From assembly GCA_041675205.1 (NCBI GenBank), contig JBAYUF010000004.1, positions 29,898-93,897 of the forward strand: a stretch of DNA of 64,000 nt, in the 5' to 3' direction. The DNA is from Patescibacteria group bacterium. Its GTDB lineage: Bacteria > Patescibacteriota > Patescibacteriia > GWA2-46-9. The first letter of the stretch is position 1. Each line of letters begins with the position of its first letter. The translations under genes were made by a program, and so were the position numbers. The notes beneath the pieces are model-generated. The model ran no database searches. It was not told the origin of the DNA and saw only the letters and a program-made list of their open reading frames with translations. This document shows positions 10,057 through 17,682 of the stretch, piece after piece.

Positions 10057-11147
10057 GCGAACACGGCGGAGGTCACGGCGAGAGTCATGGCCTCTTTGGT
10101 AAACTGGCGATTGCTGCAGGAGTGGCCATCGCCTTCGCCAGCCTCGTCGCATGGGCGACGGGGTGTTCTTTCACGAACGTGTTCGTGCCGATCATGGCAA
10201 TCGCGTTCATAACCGTTGTAGCGGCGGCGTTCATTCGCCTACCACAGCGCGCTTCGCGTCACTACCCGGGTTCGGCCGGATGGTGGAAGAGGCTCCTGAT
10301 GTTTGTCGGCACGGGTTTCGCCCTCGCCGCCATCGTCAGTCTGCGCAACAATGCTACCGCAAGTGAGGCGGAGCTACTGTCGTTCTGGAACGTCCAGGTA
10401 GCAGTAGCCATTACAGCAATGAGCGCGTGGGCGATGTTCGAGTTTTGGCACCAGCATGGTTACCGGCTCGCGGGAGCTGTCATGTTTGGCGTCGTGAACT
10501 CGATGCTTATCACGCTGATGTTGATCGGCTGGTTCCCTCTCACGATGCTCGAAACGGCCGGCTGGCGACCAGTAACGGATGCCAGCACTGCCGACATCGT
10601 TCGCGTCGACGACGAAGGAGTAGGCATCAGCTTTACGCAACGCAAGTTGTGGCGAGGCCGACTTCAAGATGGCCTCGACACGGCAATCAAGGATTCTGAA
10701 ACCCGTCTGAAAGACGGCAAGATCGGAACCAAGGAGGCATTGGACATTCAAACCAGGGCCCTCAAGGACTACAAAGAGGGCATCAGCAAAATGGAGGCGG
10801 AGCTGAGACTTGCTCCTCCGCTGTCGGAACGAGTGAGCGGAAAAGTGAAGGAGGTACTTTCCGCACTCAGGAGCACACCACAGAAACCTGCCGTATCAAA
10901 CCGACCGGACGGCGTTCCTGAGAACGCAGTCCGCTTCGTCCTTGAACCGGGAGAAGACTGGTGCCCAACCGAGAAAACGAAACTCGGCATCAAGGGCGAA
11001 GACGGACGCGAGTATGCGTTTGTCGACGTCTCGACCGGACATGCGCCGACGGTGCTCGACGGATCAGACCACAGTGGGATCTGGCCGTACTGCATCCGTG
11101 GCGGAGAGCTCGGCGCTGCCATCTGGGTGTGGCCGAGGTCCTCATGA
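10053..11147 (+). CDS. Orphan membrane protein (about 5 TM, coiled coil, small C-terminal domain)
   Basis: ATGA overlap with the upstream gene; AGGAGGAG SD; 364 aa. Confidence 0.75.
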   Translation: MSEHGGGHGESHGLFGKLAIAAGVAIAFASLVAWATGCSFTNVFVPIMAIAFITVVAAAFIRLPQRASRHYPGSAGWWKRLLMFVGTGFALAAIVSLRNNATASEAELLSFWNVQVAVAITAMSAWAMFEFWHQHGYRLAGAVMFGVVNSMLITLMLIGWFPLTMLETAGWRPVTDASTADIVRVDDEGVGISFTQRKLWRGRLQDGLDTAIKDSETRLKDGKIGTKEALDIQTRALKDYKEGISKMEAELRLAPPLSERVSGKVKEVLSALRSTPQKPAVSNRPDGVPENAVRFVLEPGEDWCPTEKTKLGIKGEDGREYAFVDVSTGHAPTVLDGSDHSGIWPYCIRGGELGAAIWVWPRSS

Positions 11148-11168
11148 GGAGGAGGACAAGAACATACA

Positions 11169-11306
11169 GGGACCCGCCCAAGACGCAACGGCGTCAGGCG
11201 GGTCCCGAGGAAGGCAAGGGCGAGAGCGAGGAAGAGCAACAGCTCAACCTCGTCTCTCGCCCTTTTCGTTTATAAAAAAGACCCCACGCAAGTGAGGTCG
11301 CTTTTT
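11169..11306. terminator. Three consecutive hairpins between convergent genes
   Basis: GGGACCCGCC..GGCGGGTCCC; AAGGGCGAGAG..CTCTCGCCCTT followed by Ts; GACCCCAC..GTGAGGTC. Confidence 0.65.
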
Positions 11307-11320
11307 AGAATGGTGAAGAA

Positions 11321-11614
11321 CTAAGCGGATTTCAACTGCTCATCAATAATTTTTAATTTTACGGCGTTTCGAATGTCTTCTTCAGCCTGCCGAATCGACC
11401 GCAACGCCGCTACGGCAGTCTCTAAATCTTGCGCATACTGCTCATAAATTGCTGTCTTCGCTTTCATGTGAGCAAGCATGGCGGAAACAACAAGTGCACC
11501 TCGTGCTGTTCGTGGCCCGTCCTGCACGTCTTCTTGAATAGCTTTCTTGAGGTCTCCGGCGTTACTGTTACCCTGGAGAGCGACAATGGTTTTTTTAAAG
11601 AAATCTGTAATCAT
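11321..11614 (-). CDS. Hypothetical helical protein
   Basis: 97-aa ORF 9 nt downstream of the co-oriented gene. Confidence 0.65.
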   Translation of the reverse strand: MITDFFKKTIVALQGNSNAGDLKKAIQEDVQDGPRTARGALVVSAMLAHMKAKTAIYEQYAQDLETAVAALRSIRQAEEDIRNAVKLKIIDEQLKSA

Positions 11615-11623
11615 ATCTATATT

Positions 11624-12802
11624 TTATGCGGCTGTTGCCCCACTCTCAAGAGAACGCAGTGCGCAATCAATTACCATTTTCTCACTAACTCGCCAAGTCA
11701 CCTCACGCATGCTAGTGAGTGTTTCGACAAGAAATTCTCTTGCATCTTTTTCAGTACCAATGACTCTCTTTGCTAAGTACGGCTTTAAAGAAGAGCGAAG
11801 GACATCTACGGCATTATTCTTTTGAAGAGCGTCTTCAACAGACGTTTCAAAAAGCACTTTCGTCTGATCTATAATTTCCTTATCAAGCGCTCTCAAAACT
11901 TCATCGTCGACAGTTAACGCCTCACTCACAATTTTATTTCCCCGCATGGCTTGATACTGACGAATCACCTTCTCTTTGTCCTCCAACGTCTTGGGCTCAG
12001 CACTGTCGTCTAGTGCGTCTCTTAACCCCTCTCTGATGGCTATATTTGCCATACTCCCCACTCGTTCAGTAACACCAAGACTTGCGAACACAACTTCATT
12101 TAACTCTGCAAGTTGCGCCAGCGCTGCATCGCGGAGCGCTTCAGCATTTTCAATTTTTTCTACTTTTTCAAGCTGTTGCTCGAGCACTTTTTTAATATTT
12201 TTTGCATTGTCACCATATCGTTCAATAGCGGCGTCCTCGTTACTCGTTCGGGAACGGAAACCCCAACGCTTCAAACGCGACGAACCCTTTTTGGCCGCTT
12301 CGAGATCTCTCGCCTTACTTTGTGCTTTCTCAGCACCACCCAATTTTTTACATTCGCTCTCAAGACTCGCTATTTGCTTCGTAACTGCCTGGTACTGTTC
12401 AATTGCATGTTGCATCTCAGCAATGGCCTCATGATTTCCTTCACGAACATACGCATCGATTTCATCAACAATTATACCTTCTACATCACCACTCTTTAAG
12501 CCAACCTCGCGAGGTATTTCTTTTTTGAAATAATTCGATAAACCCTTCTTTACTTCGTTAACGTTATTGTACTGTTCAATATATTGTTGTAACTGTTCTG
12601 GCGACATTTCACTCCCCTCACGGGTTGCGCCTGCTATCGCCTCTTTGTCATCGTCGGGTAACCTATCAACGAATTCTCTAAAACTCTTGTCGTTTAAATA
12701 TTTCTCAAGCGCTTTCGCATCTAACCGCGTACCCCCTTCTTCTGCAGCTTTATCCGCACTTGTCGAATGCTCTCTACTTCGACGTCCAAATGGATTATAC
12801 AT
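11624..12802 (-). CDS. Hypothetical coiled-coil protein
   Basis: E/K/A-rich helical ORF; ATG at 12802 preceded by TATAAT. Confidence 0.75.
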   Translation of the reverse strand: MYNPFGRRSREHSTSADKAAEEGGTRLDAKALEKYLNDKSFREFVDRLPDDDKEAIAGATREGSEMSPEQLQQYIEQYNNVNEVKKGLSNYFKKEIPREVGLKSGDVEGIIVDEIDAYVREGNHEAIAEMQHAIEQYQAVTKQIASLESECKKLGGAEKAQSKARDLEAAKKGSSRLKRWGFRSRTSNEDAAIERYGDNAKNIKKVLEQQLEKVEKIENAEALRDAALAQLAELNEVVFASLGVTERVGSMANIAIREGLRDALDDSAEPKTLEDKEKVIRQYQAMRGNKIVSEALTVDDEVLRALDKEIIDQTKVLFETSVEDALQKNNAVDVLRSSLKPYLAKRVIGTEKDAREFLVETLTSMREVTWRVSEKMVIDCALRSLESGATAA

Positions 12803-12879
12803 ATTATGGGCATTATAGCAGCTATACCTGCGTTTTTCAATGGCTGTCCCCTGATTATCGAGGTATACTATGTACACAT

Positions 12880-13632
12880 ATGGAAACAACACCATTCCCC
12901 CTCGGCATCCTTATTAACGCTTTTGTCACGAGCGTCGTCAGTGCGACGGCGTTTGCTTTTGTTTTGTTTTTAACTCGCCGCTGGCGACAACTCTCCCCGG
13001 CAATGCGCAGCTACGCAGTTTTCTGGCTCGCCACCAGTGTGCTTTGGGCAGCCGTTACTATTCGTTATCTTCTTGTGATTTTTGGCTACGCAGGCCAACA
13101 GTTCCACTTCGTAAACGAATTTATGGTTGAAACGGCAGTATTTAGCTCTGGCGTTGCTCTGTACTTCTACCTCGGCATGCAGCTCTTTAATTCAATCCGC
13201 AAAGCCCTTGCCTTAACTAGTCTTGGTCTACTTGCCATGGTGGCGGGGCTATGGCAATTTTTATTACCTGGCGGGTTTCACCCTGGTATTGTTACCGCTT
13301 TCACTGCTGACCCAGTGCCAAGCATCCGATTTCTCGCGATCTTTGGTTCATCAGCAAGTTTGGCGATGCTACTCCTCATTCGACACATTTTTATAACTCT
13401 GAAAGCCTGGCGAGGACAACCGATTGGTACCTTCCCGTATGCCCTCCTCTATTCGCTCTCGCTCATCATCTACGTAACGCTCGGCGTTATTGACCAAATG
13501 AAAATTCTTATCGATTGGCCGCTCGTCATCTTCCGTATTCTTTACACGGCCGTTTTCCTGTTCGCTTATTTAGTGCTTACGACCGAAGAAGAACAGCGAC
13601 AAAATTACTTGCAACAAAAAACGGTCTCGTAA
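12880..13632 (+). CDS. Stand-alone ~7-TM membrane protein (sensor-domain-like)
   Basis: About 7 hydrophobic segments, no soluble domain; TATACT upstream of ATG 12880. Confidence 0.7.
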   Translation: METTPFPLGILINAFVTSVVSATAFAFVLFLTRRWRQLSPAMRSYAVFWLATSVLWAAVTIRYLLVIFGYAGQQFHFVNEFMVETAVFSSGVALYFYLGMQLFNSIRKALALTSLGLLAMVAGLWQFLLPGGFHPGIVTAFTADPVPSIRFLAIFGSSASLAMLLLIRHIFITLKAWRGQPIGTFPYALLYSLSLIIYVTLGVIDQMKILIDWPLVIFRILYTAVFLFAYLVLTTEEEQRQNYLQQKTVS

Positions 13633-13640
13633 GACCGTTT

Positions 13641-13913
13641 TTACTTTTTAAAAAGACTAGCAGCATTTGCTAGTTCAGCTTTTTCTTTTCGCTGCAAACG
13701 CTTTATCGACATTTCACGCTTTAATGCTGTGCTGTGAGAAGATTGTTGTTCAAACCAACAAAGAACGACAGGCAACCTCCCTCGAGTATACCGTGCGCCC
13801 GTACCATTATTATGTTGCTCGATGCGTCGCTCTATGTGAGTAGTGATGCCAGTGTAATAGGTACCATCAGAACATCGCAGTAAGTACACGAACCAATCTG
13901 CCTCACTACTCAT
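13641..13913 (-). CDS. Small GIY-YIG nuclease (UPF0213/YhbQ-like)
   Basis: FVYLLRCSDGTYYTGIT, RRIEQHN.G.GARYTRGR.P, ALKRE..IK. Confidence 0.92.
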   Translation of the reverse strand: MSSEADWFVYLLRCSDGTYYTGITTHIERRIEQHNNGTGARYTRGRLPVVLCWFEQQSSHSTALKREMSIKRLQRKEKAELANAASLFKK

Positions 13914-13928
13914 AAAAATTTAAAAAGA

Positions 13929-13983
13929 TTCTCTGCACTGCGAACCCGATCCCGTGGACACGGGACGATCTTCCGAGTGACAA
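13929..13983 (-). repeat. 3'-half tRNA-Asp relic from a different allele; T-arm replaced by TCCCGTGTCCACGGGA
   Basis: Minus strand TGTCAC-TCGGAAGATCG-[hairpin]-TCGGGTTCGCAGTGCAGAGAA; shares the GCAGTGCAGAGAA 3' flank with the intact tRNA. Confidence 0.8.
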
Positions 13984-14035
13984 GGCCACAAACGTCAGTA
14001 AAGTACGAAGATAAAAACTTGTGTTCTCTGCACTG

Positions 14036-14110
14036 CGGACTCGACCGGATTCGAACCGGCGATCTTCTCCGTGACAGGGAGACGTGTTAACCAGGCTACA
14101 CCACGAGTCC
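14036..14110 (-). tRNA. tRNA-Asp(GTC)
   Basis: GGACTCG/CGAGTCC acceptor stem, anticodon loop CTGTCAC, GGTTCGAATCC T-loop, discriminator G; CCA not encoded. Confidence 0.96.
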
Positions 14111-14175
14111 ACACTGAAGAGAACGAAAAGAGTATAGGTTGAAACGTTGTAATGGACAACTCTAACGAGATACTG

Positions 14176-14252
14176 CGGACTCGATCCCGTGTCGACGGGA
14201 CGATATCTCCGTGATCCCGCGAAGCGGGATTACCAGGCTACACCACGAGTCC
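14176..14252 (-). pseudogene. tRNA-Asp pseudogene with two segments replaced by mini-hairpins
   Basis: 46-bp exact repeat (14090-14135 = 14232-14277); acceptor ends kept, but the D-3'/anticodon-5' segment and T-arm are replaced by ATCCCGCTTCGCGGGAT and TCCCGTCGACACGGGA. Confidence 0.85.
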
Positions 14253-14369
14253 ACACTGAAGAGAACGAAAAGAGTATCACAAAAGAATTTAAGGAAACGA
14301 GTAGTGAAGCGGCGGCCGCTTGCTTACCTTAGCCTAGGGCTACACGGAAAACAAGCGGCAAAACAGGTG

Positions 14370-14744
14370 CTACTTCTTTGGCTTGTGCGCCTTAATGGCG
14401 GCTTTAACTTCGCGGACAACAACTGCAAAAATCTTCGGGTGATCAGCGGCAAGTGTGGACAGCACCTTACGGTCAAGTTCAATGTTTGCTTGCTTTAGCC
14501 CGGCAATAAATGCTGAGTAACTAAGACCAGCTGGCCGCACGGCGGCGCCTAAGCGGGTCTGCCACAATGCTCGATAATCTCGCTTCTTTAGCTTCCGACC
14601 AACATAGGCATGGACACCAGCCTTCACAATGGCGGTCTTTCCTGCCCGAAGTGTATTCTTACGCTTCCAACCAAACCCCTTCGCTCGCTTTAAGATGTTC
14701 TTGCGGCGCTTTACATGCGCGACGCCTCGTTTTACACGTGCCAT
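14370..14744 (-). CDS. rplT: 50S ribosomal protein L20
   Basis: MARVKRG, RKLKKRDYRALW, LDRKVLS. Confidence 0.97.
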   Translation of the reverse strand: MARVKRGVAHVKRRKNILKRAKGFGWKRKNTLRAGKTAIVKAGVHAYVGRKLKKRDYRALWQTRLGAAVRPAGLSYSAFIAGLKQANIELDRKVLSTLAADHPKIFAVVVREVKAAIKAHKPKK

Positions 14745-14756
14745 AAAAGTAAAAGG

Positions 14757-14978
14757 TTACGAATACGGCAACTGCCGTCGAATAGTTTTAATGTCGCTTT
14801 TGGCCACCAACACTGGTCGCCGCTTCTTTCTGGTAACCGTACCGCTCTCAGCAGCATTGTAGTGATCTTGCCCAGCTGCTTTTCGCACCAACTTCGGAGA
14901 CTTCCCCGTTCGGCTGCCGGCTTTGGCGCCCGAGAAGCGAACTCGCTTCGATAAACTTTTTCTAGTTTTTAGTTTCAT
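14757..14978 (-). CDS. rpmI: 50S ribosomal protein L35
   Basis: MKLKTRK..KR, basic; located between infC and rplT; ends LPY. Confidence 0.9.
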   Translation of the reverse strand: MKLKTRKSLSKRVRFSGAKAGSRTGKSPKLVRKAAGQDHYNAAESGTVTRKKRRPVLVAKSDIKTIRRQLPYS

Positions 14979-14998
14979 ATTGTCGTCGATAAATGAAT

Positions 14999-15580
14999 CT
15001 AGGTTTTAGCAGGTTGCGGTGCGGCGACCTTGCCGCTTGAAAAACAAATAAGTGACATCCTCGCACCTACCTTTAGTACCGGCTGCTCGATGGTAATAGT
15101 ATAACGCTTTTTCAAGCCGTCAATGAACTGGTTTATCGTCGCTTCGGCCAATTCTCTATGTTGATGCTCTCGGCCCCTGAGCAGCAGTTCAATCTTAAGC
15201 TTGCTGCCGTCATCTAAAAACTTTGACGCCTGATTTAAGCGAAGTTCTAGGTCATGCGTACCGATACGGGTTGAGAGTCGAATACCTTTCGTCTCTTGTT
15301 TCTTTTGCTTTTGCTTCGCCTTCTGTGTCTCCTTATCCCGCTGATACTTGAATTGGCTAAAATCAAGAATTTTTGCAACTGGCGGTTTGGCCGTGGGAGA
15401 AACCTCAACGAGGTCGTACCCAGCTTTCTCAGCCATTGCCCTTGCCTCCGCCGTAGCGACGACACCAACATTCTGCCCTTTTTCATCAACCAGTCTAACC
15501 TCAGGCGCAGTAATCTCTCGATTCACCTTATAGGCTGGACCGACTGGAAGAATGACACGGCGACGATACGTTCTACGCAA
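14999..15580 (-). CDS. infC: Translation initiation factor IF-3 (non-AUG start, TTG likely)
   Basis: NREI.APEVRLVD..G.N.GV, DLVEVSP.AKPPVAKI.D, LRGRE; no in-frame ATG at the 5' end. Confidence 0.93.
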   Translation of the reverse strand: MRRTYRRRVILPVGPAYKVNREITAPEVRLVDEKGQNVGVVATAEARAMAEKAGYDLVEVSPTAKPPVAKILDFSQFKYQRDKETQKAKQKQKKQETKGIRLSTRIGTHDLELRLNQASKFLDDGSKLKIELLLRGREHQHRELAEATINQFIDGLKKRYTITIEQPVLKVGARMSLICFSSGKVAAPQPAKT

Positions 15581-15700
15581 GGGCGTTGGATAGGGTGAGT
15601 AAACTGACACTATGCATAGCCCTTCTTCCCTTATTTTGCAGGGTTACGAAGGACACAACATGACTACTGGCCTGCCAGCCGTAGCTCGCAGAGCGAAGGC

Positions 15701-16084
15701 TGGTGGAGATGAGGGGAGTCGAACCCCTGTCTGAAGAGTGGAAGCCGAAAAGTCTACAGGTATAGTCGCTCATTGATTTCCATCCGACGACGTTGAGCGA
15801 CGACGTGACGGATGCGAGTTCCGAAAGTACTCCGTACGCACCGGAACAGCACGTTAGGAGTGCTTACAAATATGACACCTCAATTGCTTCCCTGTAAGCG
15901 AGGAGGCTGAGATGGTTCTCGGCTTTTTTAGGCGAGAACAGGAGCAAGGCGGAGAGACGCGAAAGCGTTCTGCACCTTACTGGCCAGTGTGTTGGCTTGT
16001 ATGTAGGTGGGAAAGATTTAGGAGCATTCCCATGCTCCACCTGCCTTTTCGGAAAGAACTCTCCATCGAAACCGGGACATCCCC
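15701..16084 (-). ncRNA. ssrA: tmRNA (one-piece); tag ANTLASKVQNAFASLRLAPVLA*
   Basis: 5' GGGGATG pairs with 3' CATCTCC-ACCA with the G3.U70 Ala determinant; GGTTCGACTCC T-loop; internal tag ORF; adjacent to smpB. Confidence 0.95.
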
Positions 16085-16086
16085 AT

Positions 16087-16593
16087 TTAGGGGCGCAGCA
16101 TTCGCTGCCGAACCATACGGCCGACCTCACGCGTCTTAATATCCTCGCGTCGGTCGACCTTTGTTTTACCTCGTCCAAGGCCAATACTGACCTTGATGAG
16201 TCGGTTGCGAGTATACAGAGAAAGTGGCACTACTGTCAAACCTTTTGTTTGCAATAATCCAACTAATCGCACAAGTTCTTGCCGTCGCAAAAGTAACCGT
16301 CTGGTCTGACGAGGTTCATACCCTTCTACCGGACCGGCTTTGACATATGGTGGAATATAGAGATTTACCAATTCGGCGGCGAACTGTTGATGGCGGCTGG
16401 CTGAGTAAAAAGACCGTACGCGCACATAACTACCACGCATATCCCCCACCCCAGCCTTCAAAGACTTCACTTCTTGACCACTCAACGTGATGCCAGCCTC
16501 CCACCGCTCGATTATGGCGAATCGCTGTCGTGCGCGACGATTCTCGACCAATGTTCGAGACGCGCTTGTTTGTGCTGTCCTTTGAGATTTCAT
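16087..16593 (-). CDS. smpB: SsrA-binding protein
   Basis: ENRRAR, EAGI.L.G.EVKS, RRLLL, GLTVVPL, GK..DRRE.IK. Confidence 0.96.
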   Translation of the reverse strand: MKSQRTAQTSASRTLVENRRARQRFAIIERWEAGITLSGQEVKSLKAGVGDMRGSYVRVRSFYSASRHQQFAAELVNLYIPPYVKAGPVEGYEPRQTRRLLLRRQELVRLVGLLQTKGLTVVPLSLYTRNRLIKVSIGLGRGKTKVDRREDIKTREVGRMVRQRMLRP

Positions 16594-16645
16594 ATCTGTT
16601 GCCGTATACTCCGTATACTAGCCTCAGCGAACAGACCATACAACT

Positions 16646-17680
16646 ATGACTCCTCAATTTCAAGAAAGCAGCATTACCATCACCACCGCTACGATGCTTA
16701 AAGCAGTGGCGATGGTTGTGGCCGTTTGGGTTATCTACCTCACCGCTGATATCTTGTTCCTGGTTCTAGCGGCGATATTCTTGTCCGCCGCATTACGCCC
16801 GGGTGTTGATTGGTTGCAACGGCGACACATACCACGACCGGTGAGCATGCTCGGCATCTACGCCATACTTTTTGCGGTGCTTAGCACTGCGGTTATTCTC
16901 ATTGTTCCGCCAATTATTGAAGAGCTAAAAGCCTTGGCCCTCACCTTTCCCGACCTCTACACGAAATTTTTCACCTGGCTCACGAGCTACAGCCCGCAGC
17001 TCGCCGCTACACCAGCCACCCAAGCGCTTCAAGAGTTATCACGAGCCATAACGTCCGCCACGCAAGGCGTTGTCGGAACCATTGCTGGAATTTTTGGTGG
17101 CTTGTTCTCGTTCTTCATGGTGCTTGTTATGACCTTCTACCTGGTCGTAGACGAGAACGCCATTGAACGCAGCGTGGCAGCCTTACCAGCGTCAGCCCAG
17201 ACCTATCTCACTGGACTCTACGGCAGACTCGAGGCACAAATTGGTCGATGGCTACGAGCCCAACTGCTGCTCATGGCCTTGGTCGGCCTGTTGGTATACG
17301 TCTTACTTTTACTACTTGGCATGCGCTATGCGGTGCTCTTGGCAGTTGTGGCAGCATTAACGGAGTTTATCCCTTACCTCGGCCCTTTAATTGGCGCCGT
17401 ACCAGCCATCCTGCTGGCCTATGCCATTTCGCCGGAGATGGCGGGAGCAGTTGCTGTCGCCTACTACCTGGTACAGCTTTTTGAGAACAACGTTCTTACG
17501 CCAAAAATCATGGAGCGAGCAGTTGGCCTCTCCCCCATTATTTCGATTGTCGCCTTCTTGGTTGGTGGAAAAATTGGCGGCATTACTGGCGCCTTCTTGG
17601 CCATACCGCTCGCCATCGCCTTGCATGTTATCATCCAAGAAACACGGGCTCGGCATCGAGCAAAAACTAGCCAGAAATAA
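16646..17680 (+). CDS. AI-2E family transporter
   Basis: Multi-TM; FIPYLGP, Q..ENN.L.PKIM...VGLSP, GAFLAIP. Confidence 0.9.
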   Translation: MTPQFQESSITITTATMLKAVAMVVAVWVIYLTADILFLVLAAIFLSAALRPGVDWLQRRHIPRPVSMLGIYAILFAVLSTAVILIVPPIIEELKALALTFPDLYTKFFTWLTSYSPQLAATPATQALQELSRAITSATQGVVGTIAGIFGGLFSFFMVLVMTFYLVVDENAIERSVAALPASAQTYLTGLYGRLEAQIGRWLRAQLLLMALVGLLVYVLLLLLGMRYAVLLAVVAALTEFIPYLGPLIGAVPAILLAYAISPEMAGAVAVAYYLVQLFENNVLTPKIMERAVGLSPIISIVAFLVGGKIGGITGAFLAIPLAIALHVIIQETRARHRAKTSQK

Positions 17681-17682
17681 TT

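Noticed and set aside
7592-11295. Many overlapping alternative-frame and antisense ORFs in GC-rich cassettes (also 25893-26757 and 54053-55102)
   Set aside because: Expected shadow ORFs of GC-rich coding DNA; they have no SD/promoter support or motifs.
13929-14277. Repeats as a CRISPR array
   Set aside because: Units derive from tRNA-Asp, there are only 2-3 with irregular spacing, and no cas genes are present.
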